Positions 1-10,300 of a stretch of DNA of 64,000 bases are shown here, piece after piece. Source of the stretch: an uncultured virus (IMG/VR IMGVR_UViG_3300042429_001351) (taxonomy: Duplodnaviria; Heunggongvirae; Uroviricota; Caudoviricetes); IMG/VR virus record IMGVR_UViG_3300042429_001351; one strand, 5' to 3'. The notes under the pieces are model-generated. The model saw only the letters and a list, made by a program, of their open reading frames with translations. It ran no database searches and was not told where the DNA came from. The position numbers were made by a program, and so were the translations under genes. Numbering within the stretch: the first letter of the stretch is position 1; each line of letters begins with the position of its first letter.

Positions 1-1
1 G

Positions 2-3000
2 GTTTGCTTGAGTCCTTACTCTTCCATACTCGTTTCTAAGTTGCTGTAATTCGGATATGTTTCTTTGGGCGAGCGCTGTTATTCGAGCCGTAGCACCAGA
101 AGCAGCATCTCGTCCGTCTTCACGGGCGGAAAATCTCATCTTCTTCAACAACTCTCCCAGGGGGCCAGGTTTTTCTTCTGTTCCCAGGTGAAGCGCGTCC
201 CATCTTCTTATTCTGTTCAAATACTGCGTAGCAGATTCTTTTGACTTATCCCAACCTGGGAGTATTGTCCCATCCCTAAGTGTCTGTTGTTCTCTATTGG
301 GCGGTCGTGTTGCAAATATTTCTCGAACCAGAATCATCTGTCTTGAAAAAGCGGTCCTAAATCTTGAGTACTCTATTTCGATTTTGTCAACAATTGATTT
401 TTGCTTGTCTATCTCTTTGTCGATTGCCTTAGCCCAATCCTTTGGTTCAAGCCCTTTAGCAACAAACTCATCTTTTATTCTCTGAATTCTCTTCTTTGTA
501 AATTCGTCGGCTCGTGATAAGGCAGCAGTATCCGCAACCCTTCTGGCATCATTGTATTTCTGCGTACTGATGTTATTTTCCAAAGCATAACGCTTGAGCG
601 CCAAAATCAAATTTTGAGTATCAATCAAATTTTCATCGAATGCAATCTCGTCTGCAGAAAGAGTTCCAGAATCAAAAAGGTTCCACAACTGCGCCCTTCG
701 TGCCGAAGATGCAGGGGTCGAAGAATTTAGGTCGTCATGTTCCTGCTTGATTGCGGCATCACGTGCTTCCTTTAGTTTCGTGCGAGCTTGAGATGCACTG
801 TAGTCATCCGCAGAAAGATTTACGCTAGGCATACCACCGCTGCCATAAGAACCGCTTCTTGTTATTTCATTTAAATCACCGATTAATTCTCCATTAGCGT
901 CACGTGTAAACCATTGAGGTTCATCCGCAGCAATAACTTCAATCAGTCTGTCTAAGCCAGAAGCAACACTTTGGTCCATTGCTAATGGGTCCGGACTGTT
1001 TATGTCACCTTTGTAAAATGCGTCTTCAAGCTCTTTTGGCGGAACGGCGACATCGACCATTTCATCTAGGTTTTTATATCTATCTACCTGGCTTCCCGGG
1101 TAGTCTTCTGTCCATTCACGTAGAAAGTGACCGTTCGACAACCAGTGCCTATAGAGCACCTGGTCGAGTAGGTTCATTTTTGTTACATCTATTGGGTTGC
1201 CATTGATATCAAGATTGAATGGGTGATTATCGCTTCCGTCGTATGCTGGTGCAATTATGTTTCCCTCATCATCGTAAATTGGCTGGTTCCAAACTTCCGG
1301 TGTGTCAAGAGTTCCGTATTTGTCTTCAAATCTTGGCTGTGATGCCTTGTCCCCGTAGTTCATGAGTTCATTTAGGAATTCTTCAATCTGCCGACTGATT
1401 TCTCCTTCATCGTCTCCCATGACTGAACCACCATCATCGTCTGGTGGCGGTGGTGGCTCTTCACTTCCATCGTCTGGCGCTGGCGGCTCGTCGCTACCAT
1501 CTTCTCCTGCTTCTTCACCTGGTTGACCAGGGTCGATGGCGTCCATGTCGGAAGCGCCATCATCGTCGATGTTGTCTATTCTCCGTGTACGAGATGGATA
1601 CTCTGGACGTAGTACGTCGTTTGAAAGCCAACCGTTCGATTGTCCAATATCTATGAAAAGATTAAGTTTTTCTTGAGCTGCAAGAGCTTCAATCGGGTCT
1701 ACGTTTTCTCCGTCGAGAATTCTGTTGGTAACGTCAAAGAACGGTTGTGCTGATTCTTCAACCCCCTGCGACCATTCGGTGTGGGTATAAGGCATGCCCG
1801 TATTAGGGTTCAGTAGTTCTTCTGGAGTCCTATCCATCCATGCCGGGATATTGTTTAGGAAATCCTCTATCGTCGCTATACCGTTAGCAACATCTTTGTC
1901 AATTTCATTATCAATCATTTGCTCGACAAGTTTGTCGAAGTTTGGGTCACTCGTTGACAATCCATTATCTTGAAGCATGCGTTTTGCAAGCATCGTTCTA
2001 AACTCTAAGTCTTGATACTCGTCAGCTATACCATATGCCACATCTTCGGCAAGTGAAAGTGTTGTCGAGTTAAGTGGCTCGCGCACAGATTGTCTTATGT
2101 CGGAATTTGATGGATTATTTGCATTTATCAATCCAGGGATAATAAATGTATTAAAGAAATTATCAATTTCCTTATCCGACATTGCATCCGGGTCAAGTCT
2201 TGAGATATTTCCGGATGGATTTACGTTTTTGTATTCGTCTAAAAATTCCTTAACTAATGGACGTTTTATGTTTGCTGCTGCTGCCAACTCTCTTGGCGAC
2301 GGCGGAGCTGTGGCTGCCCTGTATCCCTGCATTGAAAGTCCGGCATCGTTCAGTTCTACTGACGTCTTATCGAACAAATCATCAACTTGGTCATCCGAAA
2401 GAATATCCAAACCGCTAATAGCTCTTGCTATGTCGTCTCCAACGAGAGCGGAAGAAAGTGAAGGAAGTTTCGTGTCCCTATCTGGTAGGAGAGCGAAATT
2501 CTTGAGCTGTTGGCGCTTCCACTCTCTTCTCTTCCAATCAGACTCTTCTTGTGGTGTCATGTTCGGACCAGTCGCCATGGCTCCGGTTATCGATGAATCC
2601 CACATTTTTCCGGCATCGTTATCCCTCGAAAGCTCCCTATAGAAACGCGCGTTCGATGCTCGCTCGTTCGTATCCCATCTAGATGAAGAGCCATCAAATG
2701 CGCTTTGGGCAGTTCTCTGTATTTCGTTTAACTGCCTGAATCCGTTTGGCTTATTATTTCGGTCGGCAATATCTCTGACGTATCCACGTTTATTCGCTCT
2801 GTTCGTTTCGCGTATCCCGAGTACGAATTTTGAAGAATCTTTTTCTGGAGACTGACCAGAAGGGAAGGCCCTAAAAAGGTCGGCTTCTAGTTCTCCGTTT
2901 TTATTGTTCTTCTTTGAATCTCCGCTTCGGAAAACCCAATTCAACATTGAGTCCCAATTTTTGATTTTTCCTTCGCGCGCTGCTTCTAGAATCGGTTCTT

Positions 3001-4582
3001 TCGATACACCCATTCTGCTCTCTACAGCACTCGACAACTTGTTGTTATTGTTTTTAAAAGCCTTTTCGTTTTCATCTCTAAAGTCTTGATGATTTCGCAA
3101 TACCGTAGCAATTTCATCGCGGACCACATCGAATTTGTCGGCGAGCTCGTCAATGGAGTAATCGCCATCTTGCCAAGCGCGATAAATTTTATTCTTTTCT
3201 TGTCTATCGAGTTGATTTGAGAAATCATCGTAAGACTCTTTCAGTGCGCGAGCACGCTCTGCTTCCATGCCAAGTTTGCGAGCGGTTTCTTGTAATTCTT
3301 CAGTAGTTGAATCAATTTGCTCCACCTGTTGGACGGCTTGAGGCTTTGGCTTCGCCTCGCTAGCTTTAGGTTTTGGAGTATTAATCGGCTTGCGTTCCGC
3401 AACTCTCTCCGCCTCCCGGCGTGGTGTTGTTGGCTTTGCTCTCTCTATTCGTGCTGGTTTCTTTTCTGCGCTTTGTCCGCGAGACACAACCCTGGGAACG
3501 CGGTCTTCTCTCGGCTCACGGCGTGGGAGATTCACCCTATTTTCGGTAATTCGTTGAGCTAAACGTTCTGTTGGTTTTACGCTTGGTGCACTTGGTTTTT
3601 TGACTGGACCGATTGGATTAATTCCAGGTATCGCTGGGCGTTCGTGAATTGTGCCTTCCTGAACAACCCTGTCAGAGTCGGCGTCTCTTGCATTTTGTTC
3701 GAATGGAACTACTGCAGCTCCAATTCCTCCCATTGTTCTACGCGCGGAACGTCCCCTGTTTTCTACTTCCCCAACTCCGATGCGACCAGCGAGCCCGCCA
3801 CTAAGTCGTCTCCCAACGGCCTTGAAATCTAACTCCTCGTAGAATTCAATATGCTTTTGTCCTCTTGCTGCTCGTTTTCTAGCCTTAGCTGCTGCTCTTG
3901 TATTCGAAACCACTCGCTTGCCAAGCTTGCTTCCTTCTATTTTTTTACGATTGGTAGCAGCACGTTGCCCCACGGTTAAATTTTCCCAAGCTTTTGCTGG
4001 CAAATATCTTCTTGTGACAGTTCCACGTTTTGCTGGCTTGCCATCTATTGTGCGCCATTTTTGCTTGGTCCACCTACCCAAAGAGCGTTGAGTCTTACTC
4101 TTGCTTCCCCTGTATCCACCACCAGCTTTTCTGTATGCATTGGCGAGAAGCTGAGCTTTTCTTGCAGACCACTGGCCCGGTGCTCCACCTTTAGAGCCAG
4201 ACATTATCCGTTCTTTTAGACGGTCGCGTAATTCTGGCTTTGTATAGTTGGCGCTTTTTTCTTTGTATTTTCGTTTCGAAGGAGAGCCAATTATTTGCCT
4301 TATCTCGCGCTCTAATTGAGTTCGACGATATTTACGACCAGAAAAACCTATTCCGGAATATTTTCTGTAGTCCGATTCGTTTGTGCATGGCATCCATGAA
4401 ACACCGCCGGTTCGGTTACTGTATCGACGAATTCCGATGCATCCAAGTTGTCTTGCTCTAACGCGAGCAGATTCTGGGTCTGAATAAGTATCTGGGTCTG
4501 AAGGACGAACGATACGCGCTCCGCCCAGAACATCCTTGATTTCAGAATTTTCGTCTTCGTTAATCTGGTCCATATAGTCCAT
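2..4582 (-). CDS. Giant putative internal-head protein (>1527 aa, runs off the left edge; missing from the ORF track); N-terminal DUF5872-like domain, DxDxD motif, HTH-like segments, ITGAM motif
   Basis: Manual translation from ATG at 4582 gives MDYMDQINEDENSEIKDVLGG...YTKPELRDRLKERIMSGSKGGAPGQWSARKAQLLANAYRKAGGGY...ARDADSDRVVQEGTIHERP...SSITGAMATG. Same frame open at 4582, 2576-2596 and 2-300; not every codon rechecked. Confidence 0.85.
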   Translation of the reverse strand, partial: MDYMDQINEDENSEIKDVLGGARIVRPSDPDTYSDPESARVRARQLGCIGIRRYSNRTGGVSWMPCTNESDYRKYSGIGFSGRKYRRTQLEREIRQIIGSPSKRKYKEKSANYTKPELRDRLKERIMSGSKGGAPGQWSARKAQLLANAYRKAGGGYRGSKSKTQRSLGRWTKQKWRTIDGKPAKRGTVTRRYLPAKAWENLTVGQRAATNRKKIEGSKLGKRVVSNTRAAAKARKRAARGQKHIEFYEELDFKAVGRRLSGGLAGRIGVGEVENRGRSARRTMGGIGAAVVPFEQNARDADSDRVVQEGTIHERPAIPGINPIGPVKKPSAPSVKPTERLAQRITENRVNLPRREPREDRVPRVVSRGQSAEKKPARIERAKPTTPRREAERVAERKPINTPKPKASEAKPKPQAVQQVEQIDSTTEELQETARKLGMEAERARALKESYDDFSNQLDRQEKNKIYRAWQDGDYSIDELADKFDVVRDEIATVLRNHQDFRDENEKAFKNNNNKLSSAVESRMGVSKEPILEAAREGKIKNWDSMLNWVFRSGDSKKNNKNGELEADLFRAFPSGQSPEKDSSKFVLGIRETNRANKRGYVRDIADRNNKPNGFRQLNEIQRTAQSAFDGSSSRWDTNERASNARFYRELSRDNDAGKMWDSSITGAMATGPNMTPQEESDWKRREWKRQQLKNFALLPDRDTKLPSLSSALVGDDIARAISGLDILSDDQVDDLFDKTSVELNDAGLSMQGYRAATAPPSPRELAAAANIKRPLVKEFLDEYKNVNPSGNISRLDPDAMSDKEIDNFFNTFIIPGLINANNPSNSDIRQSVREPLNSTTLSLAEDVAYGIADEYQDLEFRTMLAKRMLQDNGLSTSDPNFDKLVEQMIDNEIDKDVANGIATIEDFLNNIPAWMDRTPEELLNPNTGMPYTHTEWSQGVEESAQPFFDVTNRILDGENVDPIEALAAQEKLNLFIDIGQSNGWLSNDVLRPEYPSRTRRIDNIDDDGASDMDAIDPGQPGEEAGEDGSDEPPAPDDGSEEPPPPPDDDGGSVMGDDEGEISRQIEEFLNELMNYGDKASQPRFEDKYGTLDTPEVWNQPIYDDEGNIIAPAYDGSDNHPFNLDINGNPIDVTKMNLLDQVLYRHWLSNGHFLREWTEDYPGSQVDRYKNLDEMVDVAVPPKELEDAFYKGDINSPDPLAMDQSVASGLDRLIEVIAADEPQWFTRDANGELIGDLNEITRSGSYGSGGMPSVNLSADDYSASQARTKLKEARDAAIKQEHDDLNSSTPASSARRAQLWNLFDSGTLSADEIAFDENLIDTQNLILALKRYALENNISTQKYNDARRVADTAALSRADEFTKKRIQRIKDEFVAKGLEPKDWAKAIDKEIDKQKSIVDKIEIEYSRFRTAFSRQMILVREIFATRPPNREQQTLRDGTILPGWDKSKESATQYLNRIRRWDALHLGTEEKPGPLGELLKKMRFSAREDGRDAASGATARITALAQRNISELQQLRNEYGRVRTQAN

Positions 4583-4693
4583 TAGATTGAGTTTTCGTGC
4601 AGGATGGCTGCACTACGGATTTGCGACGCAGGAGCTAATCTAATAGTACTCCAACAAAGGTTCTCTGGAGATGAATCAGTTTTTGTCAATAGA

Positions 4694-7003
4694 TTATTCA
4701 TTGTTTAAAAGTTTTTCAAGTTCTTCCTGGTGCAGCTGTTTTATTGCTTCAATATCAATATTTATGAATTGCGACCTAGCGAAGTCTGCTAAGTCGAATT
4801 TCTCCGGATTACGTCCTTCGTCAATGTCAATCTGATAAGCAATTTGGAGCGTATCCCGGATGTCCCTGGCTTGAGAACTGGTGACCGAATCGATGGTGTT
4901 TTTTTCAAGGAATTTGGGGTTTTGAATTTTCTTTTTATTAAGGAATGATTCTCTTTCATTTTTCAAAAGTTTTGCAACCATCGCACTGGTTAATTGCTCT
5001 GAATCAAGCAGGGTGGCATCTCGTAGTTCTTCTGTTAAATGTTTTAGTGTTGTTGCTCGAGATATCTTTTCATCCACCTTTGAGTCTACTGTTTCCAGAA
5101 TTTTATCTACTACGTATTCAGGTATTTTTGAATAATCGTCGCTTTCTCGAACCACCGACGTAGATTTCGGGATTGGACTAAGTCCAAAAGATGACCTTAG
5201 GTCGTCTTCTATTTGTTTTATTCTCCTGTCAAACTCCGAGATTAATTTGCCTTCATCGTTCTTAAAGGCGAGACGAACACCAACCTCCTGCCCTTTACTG
5301 TTTTTTGCTGTGACATAAGGGTTATTCAACCATGAGTTATATCTCTCCCAATACTGGGATGGATTTATTTCTTTGGAAAATGTACCGAGAAAGTCGCGCA
5401 CTTGTTGGGCTGCTGCAGTTTGGGGGTTTGCTGGGGTTTCGGAATGTGTAAAAACAACACCGAATGGGTCGTATAGAGCCCCATGGTCACTTCCTGATTT
5501 TCCCCACAGGAGCCCCAATTGTTCTATTTGTTTAGAAACTTTTTTTAATTGCGGAGCATACCCAGTCCCATATCTAGCATACTCTATCCCCCCAAATTTT
5601 GCGAATCCAATTTCAAAATTTCGTTTGCTATGTGCGTTTATGTACTTCAATCTGGTTGAGTCATCTTTCCACCAGAAAGTTAAACCACTAGATGGGTCAC
5701 GTTTTCCTTGCGTAAAATATTTGAAATTGTCAATATCTTTTTGCGCCCATTTTTTAATAAATGGTAATTCTTTATGTGTGTCGCGTTGAGGTCCACCGCC
5801 AACGGCTTCCCTAAATGCTTTTGGACTTATTCCAAGTCCGGCCATCGCACCGGTGATTCCACCATTTTTCAGGTGTGACGAACGGGTGTGATAGTTATCT
5901 GGATTGTTCCAAAAAACATCATTTCCTATTCTGTATCCTGCATCGCGAAGTGATTGAGCCATTTCTCTCGTTGAATTAAACTCGTCATTTAGTCCATGCA
6001 GCTGCATTGAGCGAGCGATTTTGAATAGTCGTGCTCCGTTTATGTTGTTTGTTGGGTCTTGACCGCCATCGAAATCCGGGTTAGCAATCCAGTCATGTTT
6101 TTTTATATCCCAGGCCATCGACTGTAAGTAGAGCCCAGCTGCCGTCCTTAGTGATTCCAGGTATTCTGGATTGTTCTTTAAATCCTCTAATGGCTTTCCG
6201 CTGATGTCGTACCTAAAACCATATCCGGCGCTTCCTCTGTCTATTGGGAATGTCCACCAATCAAAGTGCTGCTTGTGAAACTCTGCCCAATTTCTACTGT
6301 CGGCCCATGTTTTGAATTTCCTAGTTTGATTTGCCTGTTCCGATACAAGGCTATCAATTCCGCCAAATGGGGTGTTGTTTGTTTTCGCAACGTACTGTTT
6401 TGGTTTAGGTTTTTTGAACCTATCCATCATCCCCATTTCGCCAGTTATTGAGTCACCTGGCGTTGGGTCTGGCATCTCTCTGGAGGTGCCATCAAAAATT
6501 AGGCCATTACTATTTGCATCATTGCGTGTTAATGGGTTTTGGTCGCCGGTTATTTTTGCATTATTAAGAATTCGTCTTCCGATTCTGGGAAGAGCTTTTC
6601 CGGTTATGGCATCCCTATTTATCCCGCCGTTTGTTATTGGAGGAATAATCCCACCACCAAAAGCCGTAACCGTACTCCCAGAAGGAGTCGGAGGGGGATT
6701 TAATATATCAGTATCAAGTCTTTCTCCAGAAAACGCTGCTCGACGTCGTTTTTTCTTTTTTACTCGTTTTGGAATAACTTCTTCAGTGTTTAGCTCCTTA
6801 CCAGAACCGCCACCCGTCGAACCGCTGTATGAATAGTGCGCACTGACTAATCCGACGCCATCGACAGATACTGGAGCATCAATCAATCGCTCTTTTAACT
6901 TCTCCCAGCCAGAAACGTTCTCTCCACGCAGCTTTCGTTTTTTTCGATTCTTGCGTTTTGGTGAAGATATCTCCGGCGTAATTTGTTTACTTTTATTATC
7001 CAT
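4694..7003 (-). CDS. 769 aa multidomain putative virion/effector protein (OGFr_N/DUF1810-like and HicA-like segments)
   Basis: Long ORF with a basic N-terminus; KQHFDWWTFP motif; KQIEQLGLLWGKSGSDHGALYDPFGVVFTHSETP segment; ITGEM and ITGAM motifs at segment boundaries. Confidence 0.7.
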   Translation of the reverse strand: MDNKSKQITPEISSPKRKNRKKRKLRGENVSGWEKLKERLIDAPVSVDGVGLVSAHYSYSGSTGGGSGKELNTEEVIPKRVKKKKRRRAAFSGERLDTDILNPPPTPSGSTVTAFGGGIIPPITNGGINRDAITGKALPRIGRRILNNAKITGDQNPLTRNDANSNGLIFDGTSREMPDPTPGDSITGEMGMMDRFKKPKPKQYVAKTNNTPFGGIDSLVSEQANQTRKFKTWADSRNWAEFHKQHFDWWTFPIDRGSAGYGFRYDISGKPLEDLKNNPEYLESLRTAAGLYLQSMAWDIKKHDWIANPDFDGGQDPTNNINGARLFKIARSMQLHGLNDEFNSTREMAQSLRDAGYRIGNDVFWNNPDNYHTRSSHLKNGGITGAMAGLGISPKAFREAVGGGPQRDTHKELPFIKKWAQKDIDNFKYFTQGKRDPSSGLTFWWKDDSTRLKYINAHSKRNFEIGFAKFGGIEYARYGTGYAPQLKKVSKQIEQLGLLWGKSGSDHGALYDPFGVVFTHSETPANPQTAAAQQVRDFLGTFSKEINPSQYWERYNSWLNNPYVTAKNSKGQEVGVRLAFKNDEGKLISEFDRRIKQIEDDLRSSFGLSPIPKSTSVVRESDDYSKIPEYVVDKILETVDSKVDEKISRATTLKHLTEELRDATLLDSEQLTSAMVAKLLKNERESFLNKKKIQNPKFLEKNTIDSVTSSQARDIRDTLQIAYQIDIDEGRNPEKFDLADFARSQFINIDIEAIKQLHQEELEKLLNNE

Positions 7004-7012
7004 ATAGCTTTA

Positions 7013-7396
7013 TTAATGCCGGTCAGAGTCTTCTATTTCAACGCTTGGATTATCTTTTATGTACATATCGATAGCAACCATGCGATTCCCGTTGGAATCC
7101 TTTATGTACTTTTTTGCTTCTTTTATTTCTTTGGAATACTCTTTCTCCAGTGCCGCGTATGGACGAAAATTATCTGGAATTTGAGTTTGTAGAAGTTTGT
7201 TCCCGGCGGACCAAAGTTCCCAGGCTTTCTCCATAAAAGAATTTCTTTTTTCCTTGTTGACCGAAAGGCACATAGGAGGAAAGTCTGCCATATCTTCAAA
7301 ATCCGATATCGGCAACTGAACCTTTCTCAACAACTCTTCATAGGAGCGTAATTCATCTACTGTAAAATTTTCGTAGTTAATCATGTTGCCGTCCAT
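7013..7396 (-). CDS. Hypothetical protein, 127 aa (candidate immunity protein)
   Basis: Starts 1 bp after the stop of the 2108 aa gene, same strand. Confidence 0.7.
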   Translation of the reverse strand: MDGNMINYENFTVDELRSYEELLRKVQLPISDFEDMADFPPMCLSVNKEKRNSFMEKAWELWSAGNKLLQTQIPDNFRPYAALEKEYSKEIKEAKKYIKDSNGNRMVAIDMYIKDNPSVEIEDSDRH

Positions 7397-7397
7397 C

Positions 7398-10300
7398 CTA
7401 AAACCAATTACTTGGACTCAATTGAGCCGTTTTCCCATTTGGGTATTGTATCGCCCCTAGAAGGGGGGCGTAGTCGGTGTAGTCTTTTATTGGTTTATTC
7501 TCCATAATCATTGAAGAGCGATTAAGCATAATGATTCTTCCTATTGAACCATTTAATGCGTGTTTCCATATTTGGGATGGTGTTATCGAGGAATCACTGA
7601 TTCCTTCTGCGGCAAAACCATCGTACCCCATCATGGTTGCAATGTTTTCTCCTCGCATAAACAATTGAGAGCGTATAGCTCTAATTATTTTTTTATTGTT
7701 GTCTGTAGCGCTTTGTAGACCAGCTGATTCATCTTCAAGCATTTTCACAAGGTCGCTAACGTGTGTCATTCTCTGTTGCAGCCATGCATTCCATAGGTCT
7801 TTTGTTTCCTCTATTTCCCGCAACTCATCAACCGACATTGCTGCAGCTTCCGAGATTCCTGGGAAAAGTGCTTCTCTCATATTTCTATCTAATCTCCCGT
7901 CTCTATTCATGCCCTCAATGGTTACGGCGCCCCAGCTAGCATCTGGTCTTTGACCTGGGGCAACAGGCGTACCTTTGGCGGTAAGTCTATCTATATGTGC
8001 GTCGAGCTCGACTATTTGCTGACTACTCAATGTCTTGCTGTTTGGATTTAGTTTCAAACTGTCTACTGGAATGCCGTATATGCTTGATTGTCCATGGGAT
8101 GAGTTCGTTCCGTTTGGGGCATTCGGTGCACCAAGTGCGTTATATAGCGACCAAAGAGCTTCATAGCTTTCTCCGCTGTTTCCGCCTCCCTCTCCGCCAA
8201 AGATGCTTCCAAACTGCTTTCTGTTTACCAATCTTGACTCTTGCGAGAGGACCGCAACCATAGACCCACCCTGGTGACCGTGGTACGACTTCCATGCACT
8301 CGGGCTTTGGGACCAATACTCTCCCCTGCCGCTAGCGTTTCCGCCCTGCCCAGGTATAAACCGGTCTCCAGTTAAGGCATCGTTCACCATTTGCAACTGC
8401 ACTGAAGCCGGTGCTCGTTGCTTGCCACCGACGCCTCTTGAAATAACGACATATCTTGGTTGACCGTCGGTCTCGACTTCCTTCAACATCTCGATAATTT
8501 CTTCTCTACTGGCGAGTACGGGGAAGCTATTAAATCCGTTGAATTGCCAAACAGCACCGAGGTGTGCGGTACCGGCATCCGGATAAACAATTCCAGCTAT
8601 CCGTGAACCTTGAGGTCCGACTATTGGCTGGTTTGGATTTGCCAAACCAGCGTCATAAATTTCTCCCAATACATCCAACATATCAATTTGCTCGTCGCTT
8701 ATTGTTGCTGGCGCACCATGGGTAATAAATTCAAACAGCGTTTGCGCTCGGTGGTCGTCTCTTATTGTTATTATTTCACTTGCAGTTCTTAGTGCCTGTG
8801 GTGGCGTTGGCGAATTCCACGGGTCGAGAATTGATGGTTGATTGTCATACAATCCTTCTGCTCTTGGTAAACCCTGCGCTGCACGCGCAGCAACCCGTCG
8901 CGTTCTTTCGTTGGAACGTTTGGCTCTGTCTTCCATGCCAATTCTTATTGCATTTTCTATTGCAGCAAGAGCTGGAGGATTATTAACTATATGTTTTTCC
9001 AGTAGGTGGGCAGCCTGCTCAGCAATTGCTCCTTGGAAAATATAAATATCCTGGAGACCTTTATTGCGTCTCTTGTTCGTTGAAAGCTCTCTTCTCCATC
9101 CGCTCAAAGCATTGTCGCGAGCATCAACTGCCGTGGCGTGCACAGCAGAAATATGTCGTTGTGCGTCAAGCCAGGCCGAATTTGCTTTTTGTCTTAAAGT
9201 GTCTATTTCTTGCTGTGTGCTGCCGGGAATTGGATTGTTGGCTGCATGCTCTAACTGAAGCGCGCGATTGATTGGAATAGTCATTCCAGCGGTTGTTGTT
9301 CTCGAGCGATAGCTTCCATCAGGAAGATAGAACTCACCGATTGGTAAATTAGGGTCAAGACCGAGTCTTTCTACATTGAAGCTACCAGCATCTAAATATG
9401 CATTATTCGGATACGCTGCTCCATCGGCAATAAGTTTGGTGGTTGTAGGGCTCGCGTTTGTTATGGAACGCGAGAGCCAATTTGCTCCATCGAGAAGTTC
9501 GTTTGAAGTAGCCGCGTTTTGGAGTAACTGCACAGCTATTGTTGCGTCTAAATCTTTGAGTAATGGAAATACTGGCTGAGTCACGTCATTAGTAACGCGT
9601 GCACCTCTTGTGTCTATGTAAGACAATTCGCTCAGGGGTGCTTCCGTCTGGGCACTAATTTTTTTATTTCCACCTTTTTTGTGTTCTTCAAAACGCTTCC
9701 TCACTGCGTTCCTGAATGAACTAATTACACCTATGTAGTGATTTTTGGCAGCGGCAGTTTTGGGTTTTACTGTTATATCTAGTGACGGTGTGTTTGGGTC
9801 GACGCCTGGCGCTACTCGTAGTACCGGTATTCCTTTTGTTAACGCGTTATTGGTGTCCACCGCTATATGTGGGAATATATTCCCAACCCCTGCCCCACCG
9901 TCGAGTACGAGTGGTTTTGGGGTGTAAATGGAATGCTGGTCAATCGGAAGATTTGATAAATCTTCAACAAACTCCCCGGTTGATGTGTCAATGTAAAGTC
10001 CTGACTTGGTATCAAAAACGATTCCCAACGCTGAGTTGCCCACTCCTGGGGTAATTGTCTGTCCGGTTCCAGGGGCTCGCGGTATAGGTGTCGTCGTTGG
10101 TATTACTGGTGCACTTGGCGTAACGCTTGGAGCGATTGGGGGAGTTGGGACGGGAGGAGTAGAAGGAGTCGATGTTGGGGTAGGAGGGGCCGACGGGGTA
10201 GGAGAAACTGGAACTGGTGACGTAGCACCACCACCCGGAGTCTGTGGGGTGTTCCCTCTATTTGGACCATACGGTGTGTACGGTCTGCGTTTAACCGGGT

